A stretch of 32,000 nucleotides of DNA from Microcystis aeruginosa NIES-843 (GTDB lineage Bacteria > Cyanobacteriota > Cyanobacteriia > Cyanobacteriales > Microcystaceae): NCBI RefSeq assembly GCF_000010625.1, contig NC_010296.1, positions 5,670,001-5,702,000 of the forward strand. The letters run 5' to 3'. A model generated the notes under the pieces. That model saw only the letters and a list, made by a program, of their open reading frames with translations. It was not told the origin of the DNA and did no database searches. Below, piece after piece: positions 9,128-18,490 of the stretch (its first letter is position 1; every line of letters starts with the position of its first letter). A program made the translations under genes and the position numbers.

Positions 9128-10024
9128 ATGGTCAGCAAAATTGATCGCCAAGCATTTTTACAATCCTTAATAGTGCCACCGGGTAAAGAAATTTCTCTGC
9201 ACAAAGACTACGATCCCGGGTTTAAGCCAGACTACATTACCAAAGAAGATGCCACGCTGCTGCTGCAACAGGGGATCGAAAAAATGGCCGAGTTTCAAGA
9301 TAAACTTTATGCTCAGGATACCTATGCCCTGTTAATTAATCTGCAAGCGATGGATGCGGCAGGTAAAGATGGTACGATCAGGCACGTTATGTCGGGTTTA
9401 AATCCCCAAGGCTGTCAGGTATTTAGCTTTAAAGTTCCCTCGGCCGAAGAACTAGACCACGATTATCTCTGGCGATATTATAAAGCCTTACCGGAGCGGG
9501 GTCGTATCGGTATTTTTAATCGTTCTTACTACGAAGAATTATTAGTCGTGCGCGTCCATCAAAATTTATTGGAACGGCAAAAACTCCCCCCAGAAGACAG
9601 AACCAAGAAAGTTTGGCAGCGACGTTTTGAGGAGATTAATAATTTTGAAAAATATCTGGTTAACAATGGGGTTATTGTCCTGAAATTCTTTCTCAATGTT
9701 TCTAAAGGAGAACAGAAAAAACGCTTTTTAGAAAGAATTGATCGCCCCGAAAAAAACTGGAAGTTTTCTGAAAATGATGTCAAAGAAAGAGCTTTTTGGG
9801 GTGATTACATGAAAGCCTACGAGGAGGTATTCAATCATACCAGTACCGAATGGGCCCCCTGGTATATTATCCCGGCTGATCGCAAATGGTTTACCCGTTT
9901 AGCTGTGGGGGCGGTTATTTATCACACCCTCGAATCCCTTGGTTTAAAATATCCCACCGTCACCGAAGAACATCACCAAGCTTTACTGAAAGCCAAAGAA
10001 ATCCTCGAAAACGAGCCAGATTAA
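9128..10024 (+). CDS. ppk2: Polyphosphate kinase 2 family phosphotransferase
   Basis: 298 aa. DAAGKDGTIRHVMSGLNPQG and IFNRSYYEE motifs fit the PPK2 family. Confidence 0.85.
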   Translation: MVSKIDRQAFLQSLIVPPGKEISLHKDYDPGFKPDYITKEDATLLLQQGIEKMAEFQDKLYAQDTYALLINLQAMDAAGKDGTIRHVMSGLNPQGCQVFSFKVPSAEELDHDYLWRYYKALPERGRIGIFNRSYYEELLVVRVHQNLLERQKLPPEDRTKKVWQRRFEEINNFEKYLVNNGVIVLKFFLNVSKGEQKKRFLERIDRPEKNWKFSENDVKERAFWGDYMKAYEEVFNHTSTEWAPWYIIPADRKWFTRLAVGAVIYHTLESLGLKYPTVTEEHHQALLKAKEILENEPD

Positions 10025-10105
10025 AAATGGAAGAAAATCCCCAAAAAGCGATAATTGCCGGAAAATCGATCGTATAATCAATGTCGATTTGAGAGAATTA
10101 CCCCT

Positions 10106-11815
10106 ATGAATTATCGCATTGATCGCCGCACCTATGCAGAAACCTACGGCCCCACCGTCGGAGATAAAGTTCGCCTCGCAGACACGGAATTATTTATCGA
10201 AGTCGAAAAAGATTTCACCACCTACGGCGATGAGGTAAAATTCGGCGGCGGTAAAGTAATTCGCGATGGGATGGGCCAATCCCCCATTTCTAGGGAAGAT
10301 GGGGCGGTAGATTTAGTGATTACTAATGCCTTAATTCTCGACTGGTGGGGCATCGTTAAAGCCGATGTGGGCATTAAAGACGGCAAAATTTATAAAATCG
10401 GTAAGGCGGGCAATCCCCACATTCAAGATAATGTCGATATTATTATCGGTCCTGCTACCGAGGCATTAGCTGGGGAAGGGATGATTTTGACAGCAGGGGG
10501 GATTGATGCCCATATTCATTTTATCTGTCCCCAACAAATTGAGACAGCGATTGCGTCGGGGATTACCACAATGATTGGTGGCGGGACCGGACCTGCAACG
10601 GGAACTAATGCCACCACCTGCACCCCGGGAGAATGGCACATCTATCGAATGCTAGAGGCGGCCGAAGCTTTCCCGATGAATTTGGGTTTTTTGGGTAAAG
10701 GCAATAGCAGTCAGCCGGAAGGACTAGCGGAACAGGTAAAAGCGGGGGTAATTGGCTTAAAACTCCATGAAGATTGGGGAACCACTCCGGCAGCCATTGA
10801 TACCTGTTTAAGCGTGGCCGATAAGTACGATGTGCAGGTGGCGATTCATACCGATACTCTCAATGAGGCCGGTTTTGTTGAGGCCACTATCGCCGCTTTT
10901 AAAAATCGCGTCATTCACACCTACCACACGGAAGGAGCCGGTGGTGGTCATGCTCCCGATATTATCAGGGTTTGCGGGGAAATGAACGTTTTACCCTCCT
11001 CTACCAATCCCACGCGTCCCTATACGACGAATACCTTAGAGGAACACCTCGATATGTTGATGGTTTGTCATCATTTAGACCGGAGTATTCCCGAAGATGT
11101 GGCTTTTGCTGAATCCCGCATCCGCCGCGAAACTATTGCCGCCGAGGATATTCTCCACGATTTAGGGGCTTTTAGTATAATTTCCTCCGATTCTCAAGCG
11201 ATGGGACGGGTGGGGGAAGTAATTATCCGCACTTGGCAAACTGCCCACAAAATGCGGGTACAACGGGGCAGACTGACCGGGGAAACGGGAGAGAATGATA
11301 ATCTGCGAGCAAGACGATATATTGCTAAATATACGATTAATCCTGCTATTACCCATGGTGTCTCCGATTATGTCGGTTCCATCGAGGTGGGCAAATTAGC
11401 CGATTTGGTTCTCTGGAAACCGGCATTTTTTGGCGTAAAACCGGAAATTGTCCTGAAAGGCGGTTTAATCGCCTGGGCGCAAATGGGCGATGCTAATGCC
11501 AGTATTCCCACACCCCAACCGGTTTATATGCGTCCCATGTTTGCCTCTTTTGGTGGTGCGATCGCCAAAACTTCCTTGACATTTGTTTCTAAATATGCTA
11601 TGAAAGCGGGCATTCCTGAGAAGTTAAAGCTGAAAAAAACCGCCGTGGCCGTGTCGAATACGCGCAATATCAGTAAGGCTAGTATGAAGCTTAATGACGC
11701 TTTACCGCGCATGGAAGTTAATCCCGAAACCTACGAGGTGCGTGCTGACGGGGAATTATTAATCTGTGAACCCGCTACGGTTTTACCCATGGCCCAACGC
11801 TATTTCCTATTTTGA
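10106..11815 (+). CDS. ureC: Urease alpha subunit
   Basis: [30 protein letters not shown]... with [18 protein letters not shown] and MVCHHLD motifs. The ATG at 10106 fits the conserved UreC N-terminus better than the track start at 10055. Confidence 0.95.
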   Translation: MNYRIDRRTYAETYGPTVGDKVRLADTELFIEVEKDFTTYGDEVKFGGGKVIRDGMGQSPISREDGAVDLVITNALILDWWGIVKADVGIKDGKIYKIGKAGNPHIQDNVDIIIGPATEALAGEGMILTAGGIDAHIHFICPQQIETAIASGITTMIGGGTGPATGTNATTCTPGEWHIYRMLEAAEAFPMNLGFLGKGNSSQPEGLAEQVKAGVIGLKLHEDWGTTPAAIDTCLSVADKYDVQVAIHTDTLNEAGFVEATIAAFKNRVIHTYHTEGAGGGHAPDIIRVCGEMNVLPSSTNPTRPYTTNTLEEHLDMLMVCHHLDRSIPEDVAFAESRIRRETIAAEDILHDLGAFSIISSDSQAMGRVGEVIIRTWQTAHKMRVQRGRLTGETGENDNLRARRYIAKYTINPAITHGVSDYVGSIEVGKLADLVLWKPAFFGVKPEIVLKGGLIAWAQMGDANASIPTPQPVYMRPMFASFGGAIAKTSLTFVSKYAMKAGIPEKLKLKKTAVAVSNTRNISKASMKLNDALPRMEVNPETYEVRADGELLICEPATVLPMAQRYFLF

Positions 11816-11832
11816 ATTCGATTTCAGATTCA

Positions 11833-11863
11833 GAAAACGGGTTTTTTCAAAAAACCCGTTTTC
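11833..11863. terminator. 31-nt perfect palindrome gaaaacgggttttttCaaaaaacccgttttc; a bidirectional terminator-like member of a repeat family
   Basis: 15-bp arms read directly. It lies between the convergent ureC and the coiled-coil gene, and T/A tracts flank it on both sides. Confidence 0.7.
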
Positions 11864-11877
11864 TTTTTGAATCACAG

Positions 11878-12213
11878 TTAAGGATTAGTAGGAAGGTTTG
11901 GTAAAAATAACTTAACTAATCCTGCCATTAGTGCAGCAACAATAGCAACAAAGATGGTTCGATTAGTAAATTCCAAGTTATCTAGTCGTTTATTCACGCC
12001 TGTTAATTCTCCTTTAATATTTGCTATGTCAACTCTTAAGTTATTCACTTCTTCAGATAGCTTGTCTATTTTGCTATTAAGTTGTTCAGATAATCTGTCT
12101 ATTTTGCCATTAAGTTGTTCAGATGACTTGTCTATTTTGTCATTAACTTCTTTGAATTGTCCTACAATAAAGTCTTTTAATTCTTTGAGGTCGTTTTCTG
12201 TAAATGTTGCCAT
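11878..12213 (-). CDS. Tail-anchored coiled-coil protein with internal 11-aa repeats
   Basis: 111 aa. KIDKSSEQLNG/KIDRLSEQLNS/KIDKLSEEVNN repeats are encoded by a 33-bp tandem triplication at about 12053-12151. The C-terminus is hydrophobic (IFVAIVAALMAGLVKLFL). Confidence 0.6.
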   Translation of the reverse strand: MATFTENDLKELKDFIVGQFKEVNDKIDKSSEQLNGKIDRLSEQLNSKIDKLSEEVNNLRVDIANIKGELTGVNKRLDNLEFTNRTIFVAIVAALMAGLVKLFLPNLPTNP

Positions 12214-12283
12214 TGTGTGACTCTCCTAGTAATTGTTTGTGATACCAATAATCTTACCACTAAGTTTAACTCCTAACCCTTAA

Positions 12284-12577
12284 TCAGTCAAATTGCATCG
12301 AAGTTGCATCACCAGAGAGAATAAAACTGGCCCAATAAAAAGGATGTTTTTGCTTCTCACCCTTGAGCATTCCTAGTTGAATTTGTCGTAAAGCTTCACT
12401 GCGTCCTTCTCCTTTTTGTAAGCGTCCATAATAGGCGACCATTAAATCTTTAGTTGCGTCATCAGATACTTTCCAAAGGCTAATTAATTGGCTTTCACTT
12501 CCCGCAATAACTAAAGCGCGGCGCAATCCATAAATCCCTTCACCTACGCTTCTAGTTTGGTGATTTTTTGATGATAA
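12284..12577 (-). pseudogene. C-terminal fragment of a CHAT-domain protein
   Basis: The frame is open from a TAA at 12578-12580 and has no ATG. It reads ...GEGIYGLRRALVIAGSESQLISLWKVSDDATKDLMVAYY...KQKHPFYWASFILSGD, a typical CHAT C-terminus. Confidence 0.65.
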
Positions 12578-12645
12578 TTAATGCTTTATACTGTATATTA
12601 ATTAAGTAGCTGGTTATAATTAAATTAAAAATGGATTTTAGGTTT

Positions 12646-12724
12646 GATCCCCCCTGCCCCCTTGATAAGGGGGATGCCGATAGGCGGGGGGATCCCCCCT
12701 TAATCCCCCCTTAATAAGGGGGGC
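12646..12724. repeat. GC-rich nested-palindrome element (MITE-like)
   Basis: gatcccccc...ggggggatc encloses cccccttgataaggggg. A second hairpin, ccccccttaataagggggg, follows. Confidence 0.6.
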
Positions 12725-12747
12725 ATCTGACAACTTTTAACGCCGAC

Positions 12748-12903
12748 CTACTTATCAAATTTAGCCAAGATTTTCAATCCTTCTTCTGGGTTGCCATTAG
12801 CTGCCATTTCCTTAAATCTAGTATAGGCATTAAATTCGGCTAAAGTGTTGGTGGAAAGATATTCAATCAGTTTATTGATACTGATTCCTTTTAGTTCATT
12901 CAT
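12748..12903 (-). CDS. Small hypothetical protein (51 aa), translationally coupled to the upstream TumE-like ORF
   Basis: My own translation is MNELKGISINKLIEYLSTNTLAEFNAYTRFKEMAANGNPEEGLKILAKFDK*. Its ATG overlaps the upstream stop in an ATGA arrangement at 12900-12903. Confidence 0.4.
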   Translation of the reverse strand: MNELKGISINKLIEYLSTNTLAEFNAYTRFKEMAANGNPEEGLKILAKFDK

Positions 12904-13225
12904 AGAAAACTCCTGATTCTGGCGGTAATTTCCTGAAGAACTTCTAAGAGCGTTGGAGCAGCGGACGAGATTACATTTTCTTCACTGCTGTCATGTTTGT
13001 GATGGGGATAGGTTGGGAGGTTCAGCTTTTTATGATGTGGAGTATTATCATAACGGAAAATTAAGGTATTCATGGTATTCATATACTGATAAGCGTACAT
13101 ATTACGATTAATAAAACTGAATTATCAATGAATTTAATTTCGGCTCGAATAAATCCTTCGTAACTATCGCGTTTTTCACAATCTAGCGTAAAAAATTTTA
13201 TTACTGAACAGGTTGCGAGAATTGT
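12900..13225 (-). pseudogene. DUF6516/TumE-like gene, apparently frameshifted
   Basis: The C-terminal part (track 12900..13100) contains LIFRYDNTPHHKKLNLPTYPHHKH. The expected N-terminal part (...CEKRDSYEGFIRAEIKFIDNSVLL) is in another frame immediately upstream. The switch lies around 13105-13125. Confidence 0.45.
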
Positions 13226-13247
13226 TTAAATCTGTTGAAAATAATCT

Positions 13248-13511
13248 TCAATTAACAAATTCAATTCCTCTGAGTCTTTCTGCTTTTTCCTGTAGGCATT
13301 GTAGCATTCGCAATTCGCCAATCCATTCGTCAAGTTCCAGGGTTTCCTGAAATTCGTCGTTTTCGTAGCGATGCAGAAATTCTGCTGTGGACAGTTGATA
13401 TTTGTCCTCAAATTCTCGCAGTCGTTGTTCGGTACGCTGGATACCCGCTTCAGTGGAACGTAGGGCTTCAGCGATTGCGCCTTCGATTAGAGGTTTGAGG
13501 GAGCCGGAGTG
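13248..13511 (-). pseudogene. Small helical antitoxin-like protein lacking its start (5' end abuts an inserted element)
   Basis: My own translation is ...SGSLKPLIEGAIAEALRSTEAGIQRTEQRLREFEDKYQLSTAEFLHRYENDEFQETLELDEWIGELRMLQCLQEKAERLRGIEFVN*. The track ORF 13226..13411 is in the wrong frame. Confidence 0.5.
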
Positions 13512-13868
13512 TTGACATCCTCGCCGCCCTAAAAGTGCGGCGATTCCTAAACCTCACGATTTAAGTTTCTGCTTCCACCACCGTCGCATACCACAGTTAA
13601 AAAACCATGTACTGTCTTACACAGAGTCCACAGACTTTCGCCCCATTTCAGAAGCCCGATTCCGTGTGTCCCACGGTACGTTGACCGCCTATAGCTTCTT
13701 GTACTTGTTGCGCGCGACTTTTTACCCGGCCAAGCTTTTCTGGTCGGAACCCCCTAAGCCGAGTTTTCAAGGTGCTGCGCCGTCCACTTGGTTTTCGAGA
13801 CTGGCCTTTTAATTCTAACGTAAAGCCAACCTAGAACGGCGGGGTTTCAGACCCAAAATTTCCGATGA
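13509..13868 (+). mobile_element. Decayed non-autonomous copy (C1) of an IscB/RRXRR-like element
   Basis: It shares its ends with 18491-18951 read on the opposite strand. The 5' hairpin is cgccgccctaaaagtgcggcg, against ccccaccctaaaagggacgggg in C2. The 3' end is gtaaagcc...ggcggggtttcagacccaa, and it also shares ttctaacg. Confidence 0.45.
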
Positions 13869-14090
13869 GAGATGAGTTTGAGTTCCTTCATAATAGGAAG
13901 TCTTGTAGCTACTTTTGCATTATAGACAATTGCTAAGATATCCAGAGGGCGCAGGTTGCTTGTGCCGCTACACTAGACCTCTCCAATAATTGTCAAACTA
14001 AGGGCTGAAGTCCTTTTGATCTATGGTCAATTTTTGGGTTCATTTTTTCTCTTTTCTCCTTCTCTCTCAGATTATACTTTTGACTTTTGA

Positions 14091-14367
14091 CTACTGAGTA
14101 GACTGAATCATAGGCGGAATGTCGGTTTTAGCGTCGTTGGCGAGTTGGTTGGCGCGGGCGACGGGATCAAAACGGAGGCTAGGATTCCACTTTTGGGCGA
14201 TTTTAAAGCCTTCAATTGCTTCGTTGATTTTGCCTTCCCTAGCCAAGGCTTCGCTTTGTTTCATCAAAATACTCGCACCAGGCTGGGTGAGGTCAGCAGT
14301 TTGGCAGGTCGATAATTTAGCCAGCATTTGAGGATTGACAATCAAATAGTTTTTTAACCAATTACAG
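14091..14367 (-). pseudogene. C-terminal gene fragment (CNWLKNYLIVNP motif plus a TPR-like helix pair) abutting the IS1634-like element
   Basis: The first codons of the track ORF (MRVRNVG) are IS terminal-repeat sequence. The genuine part starts at about CNWLKNYLIVNPQMLAKLSTCQ...ALAREGKINEAIEGFKIAQKWNPSL. Confidence 0.5.
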
Positions 14368-16441
14368 CCCACATTCCGCACCCTCAACTGTCACATAAGC
14401 TGTCCCCCTCCAGAGACTTGAGTAAAAATACCTAGCTGGTGAAGGTTTTCTCGGTGGCCGCTAGGGGGGTCTTGAGACCCCTAATTATGAAAAAATAGGA
14501 ATTGTTGGAAAACTGAGGCGAGTGGACTGTTCGACCATGAATCAATCAACAGAAATTGAAGTCAAAAATCTAGACCATCTGGGATTAGTAGCCGGAATTA
14601 TCGATGAAATAGGAATCGTTGAAATTATCAACGAACAAGTCTCAATTGAGCGAGGAGAAATTGTCACAGCGGGGCAAGTCGTGAAAGCAATTATCCTGAA
14701 TGGATTGGGATTTGTCTCCCGAGCCTTGTATTTATTTCCTCAATTTTTTGAAGATAAAGCAACCGAACATCTGCTGGGAGAGGGCATCGAACCAAAACAC
14801 CTGAATGATGATAAAATTGGTCGAGTAATGGACAAACTTTATCAACTTAATGTTTCGGTCATTTTCCTACTGATTAGTTTAGCCGCCGTGAAAAAATTTG
14901 GTGTAGCAACCGAGAACTCCCATTTAGATTCGACTTCTCTATCAGTAGAAGGAGAATATAAAAAGGAATACCCAACAGTAGAAATCCTGAAATCAGGAGC
15001 AGTGGGAGAAGAAATTGAAACCGGACAACAGCCAATAAAAATTACCTACGGATACTCCCGCGACCGACGACCTGACTTAAAACAATTTATGATTGACTTA
15101 ATCGTAAGTGGGGATGGAGATGTACCTTTATTCCTGAAAGTAGGGGACGGAAATGAAGCGGACAAAGCGGTTTTTGGTCAAATCGCCCGAGAATTTAAAA
15201 AACAAGTTGACTTTGACAGTTTAATAGTCGGCGATAGCGCCCTCTATAGCAAAGAGAATTTAAAACTAATGAAAGAAATGCGTTGGTTGTCTCGAGTACC
15301 ATTAAGCATTAAAGAGGCTCAAGAGTTAGTCGATAGCATCTCAGAAAAAGAGTTAACCGATTCAGAAATACCGGGTTATTCCTGGCGGGAAACAAGCTCT
15401 AACTATGGGGGGATAGAACAAAGATGGTTGCTAGTTGAAAGTCAAGCTAGACAAGAATCAGACTTGAAAAAATTAGAGAAAAAAATCGAGCAGGAAAAGA
15501 ATTCTGCCCAAGAAAAAATCCGGCAACTATCCCGAAGAGAATTTGAGAATAGAGCGGTGGCGTTGGCGATAGCCAAAGGATTATCTGACTCCTTAAAATC
15601 TCATCAGTTAACGGAGATTAAAGTCAATCTCATTCCGCCTGAGTCCCAGGGGTCAAAACTCAAATCAAAAGACGATTTACCCTCTCAAAGCTATCAAGTT
15701 CAAGCCAAATTAGAGTTGAATTTGACCGCCATTGAGAGGCTAAAGAAACGAGCAGGACGATTCGTTTTAGCAACTAACGATTTGGAGAAAAAACGATTAA
15801 GCAGTGAGGATATACTCAAAAAATATAAAGGGCAACAAGCTCCGGAAAGAGGATTTTCTTTTCTCAAAGACCCCTGCTTTTTTGCCCACAGTGTCTTTCT
15901 CAAATCTCCCCATAGAATCGAGGTCATGGCCATGCTCATGGGCTTGTGCCTGCTGGTTTATACTATTGGTCAAAGACAACTTCGTTTAAGTTTAAAACAG
16001 CAGGAGACGGGACTGAAAAATCCGTTGGGTAAGTTAACTGACCGACCAACATTACGCTGGATATTTCAGAACTTTCAAGGGATTCATCTCCTACGTATTC
16101 AAGACAATCAAAAGATTAGCAACTTAACGGATGAGAGGCGCAACATTTTGAGATTTTTCCCCAAACCTTGCCAAGAATATTATCTCTTATCTTGACCAGA
16201 TGGATTGACTTCAAGGGGTGACAAAACAAAGCGAGCAACTGGAACATCTCCCCCTAGATGTTAAGTCTGATTGCCTAGTCATTCTCAACAAGCACTGTTT
16301 ATTGAGAATGACTGGGGGAACTCTGAAATTTTCGGCTTAGTTGCCGGCAGCTTGCCGCCAACTCACTCCTCTAGATAAGTATTTTGACTCGCGCCCCTTC
16401 CTCTTTTGAGACGTTGTGACACTTAGGGTGCGGAATGTGGG
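14368..16441 (+). mobile_element. IS1634-family (IS4-related) insertion sequence, about 2.07 kb
   Basis: Terminal inverted repeats are cccacattccgcaccct(caac)tgtcaca at 14368 and its complement ending at 16441. They enclose a 557-aa transposase. No target duplication is visible. Confidence 0.8.
14522..16195 (+). CDS. IS1634-family transposase
   Basis: The N-terminus is ...VKNLDHLGLVAGIIDEIGIVEIINEQV. Length is about 550 aa. GTG at 14522 or ATG at 14537 could be the start. Confidence 0.8.
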   Translation: MDCSTMNQSTEIEVKNLDHLGLVAGIIDEIGIVEIINEQVSIERGEIVTAGQVVKAIILNGLGFVSRALYLFPQFFEDKATEHLLGEGIEPKHLNDDKIGRVMDKLYQLNVSVIFLLISLAAVKKFGVATENSHLDSTSLSVEGEYKKEYPTVEILKSGAVGEEIETGQQPIKITYGYSRDRRPDLKQFMIDLIVSGDGDVPLFLKVGDGNEADKAVFGQIAREFKKQVDFDSLIVGDSALYSKENLKLMKEMRWLSRVPLSIKEAQELVDSISEKELTDSEIPGYSWRETSSNYGGIEQRWLLVESQARQESDLKKLEKKIEQEKNSAQEKIRQLSRREFENRAVALAIAKGLSDSLKSHQLTEIKVNLIPPESQGSKLKSKDDLPSQSYQVQAKLELNLTAIERLKKRAGRFVLATNDLEKKRLSSEDILKKYKGQQAPERGFSFLKDPCFFAHSVFLKSPHRIEVMAMLMGLCLLVYTIGQRQLRLSLKQQETGLKNPLGKLTDRPTLRWIFQNFQGIHLLRIQDNQKISNLTDERRNILRFFPKPCQEYYLLS

Positions 16442-18490
16442 TTGAAAGTTATTTGAGGCAACCTCACCCGATCGCTCTAACCGATTGACCGCAAGGATCG
16501 TTTCCTGTTCCTCCTGCGCCTGTTGCAACGCTATCTCTGCCTGTCGCGCCGCCCTTTCTGCCTTTTGCTGCTGGGCTGCAGCAAGTCGGAACTGCTGCTC
16601 TGCTGCCACCTTATCCCGTTCTGTGGCTGCCCTATCTCGGTTGACTTGAGCCAACTGCGCCGAGGCTACCAGTACCCGTTCCTGTGCTTGTAGGTATTGC
16701 TGCTGGGCCGATCGCGCTTGGTTTTGTGCCTGCTGGAACTTGCGATCGGCATCCTTTAGCTTTCCTCGCGCTACTGAGAGATTTTTCTGGGCTAATTTTT
16801 CCTTTCCCCTCGTCTGGCGCAAATTGCTATCTAAAATAATTTTGTCTTGCTGTAACTTCCTTTGGTCTGCTAATAATCTCAGTTTGTCGCCGTTCAGTTT
16901 TGTGATATTGGTTTGGGCAACCCTGAAATTATTCGTTGCCTTTATCGAAATAGGAACGGCAATAGCAGCAATGGCAATAGCTCCCAATGCCCCCAACAAA
17001 CTAAGCTTATTGCGTCGATTAGCTTTTTTGATGATTCTGCCGGATTCCTCCCTTGTTTCTAATAATGCTTGGTTCGCTGTTTCTAATTCTGTTTCCGCCT
17101 GTTCCCTCGCCGCAGTCAAAATCTGATTCGCTTCCGTTTCCGCCGCCAATCGCCTTTCCATATCCCGTTTTTCGACATCCTGGCTATCATCTAAAAAGCG
17201 TTCATCTTCTTTACTCAAGCGCTTTCCTTTTGCCCAAGTCTCCGCCTCCCGCAACGCCTGTCCCCGCAACAAAAACGACTCTTTCTGCTCTTCTTGTGCC
17301 TCCTGCCAAGCCTTAAACGCCTCCCCATAAAACCCCGGACGCAAATCCGCCAAAGCGCGAGCCACCCACTGCCCATTAAACACCTGCGCGTAGATGGGGT
17401 TATAGACTTTCAACCTGCCCTCTCGCTTCACCACCAAACCCGTCAGCCGCAGTTGCAGTTGCTCGTAGCTCTCATCGGCAATGATCCCCCCTTCCTTTCT
17501 GGATGAGAGAGGGGGGGGTTCAGCATCCAAAACTTGCTGATAAATCCCTAGCAGTCGCCCCCGTAGCCGTTCGTCACTGCGTAAAATCCTGTCTCGAATC
17601 GTTTTCAAATGCGGCGGCACGTCCTGCGCCTCCCAATTATCGATAAGCTGGCTCGTCACCACCTGCGCCACCAAATCTGGGGGCGATAGGCGCAAATCTG
17701 CCTCCTGCACTACCAAATTCAAGACCCGCTGCGTCAAAAACGGCTGTCCCCCCGTCCAATACAACACCGCTTGCAGCACCGCCTGCGGATCGTCCACCTT
17801 GCCCACCAAACCCTGCATCAACGGTTGAGCTTCCTGGAGTTGAAAGCCACTCATCTCCACCGCCCGACCGATATTAAACGCCGAACTACGCTTACTGACA
17901 ATCAGATCGGAAGGTGTTGCCACCCCTAAAAACGCAAAAGTCAGCCGCCGATAACGCAGATCTTCCGCCCGCCGCTCAAAGAAAGAGCGAATCAGAATGA
18001 AAAAACCATCGGTATCAAACTTGAGACTGAGCAGGTTATCAATTTCTTCGACAAAAATGACGACATCTTGCGAGAGTTCTGCCAGCAATACGCGATCGAT
18101 AAAATAAGTAAAGCGTTCGACCGCCGAAATCGACTGAGCCGCCAGATCCTTCCACCAACTCGAAAAATCGATTTTCTCTTGTAAATGCAAATCATCGATC
18201 AAGCGTTTTATGGTTCCGGCATACCACTGATCCTCGCTCAAACTGGTTCCCCGGGTTTGCGGGTCAATGACCGCACAAGCCACCCCCTCTGCCGCTAACT
18301 TCTGCATCACCCGCACCCGCAAACTAGACTTGCCCATCTGCCGCGAGTTAAAGACAAAACAATATTCTCCTGATTTCAGGCGATCGTACAATTCGCGATC
18401 GGCCTGTCGCTCTACATACCCACGATATTCGGCAGGTAAGCTCCCGCCTACTTGATAGCTAAAAGGAGTCGAGGAAGTTGGGTTTGTCAT
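16442..18490 (-). pseudogene. AAA-like (pfam14516-type) P-loop ATPase with a TM helix and long coiled coil; 3' end cut by the IS1634-like element
   Basis: [27 protein letters not shown]...[10 protein letters not shown] (Walker A) and VVIFVEEID (Walker B). [21 protein letters not shown] is followed by coiled coil, the TM helix [21 protein letters not shown], and a Q/A/R-rich coiled coil of about 200 aa. The track tail 16337-16441 is IS sequence. Confidence 0.7.

Noticed and set aside
10106-11815. ureC standing alone without ureA/ureB as a sign of rearrangement
   Set aside because: Dispersed urease genes are normal in unicellular cyanobacteria, and the gene is intact.
13226-13411. 61-aa track ORF (MRTNINCPQQNF...)
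   Set aside because: A different frame on the same strand gives a much longer, helix-rich, family-like protein ending at 13248.
16337-16441. C-terminal 35 residues of the 717-aa track ORF, and likewise the MRVRNVG start of 14091..14387
   Set aside because: Both are read from the IS1634-like terminal repeats, not from the host genes.
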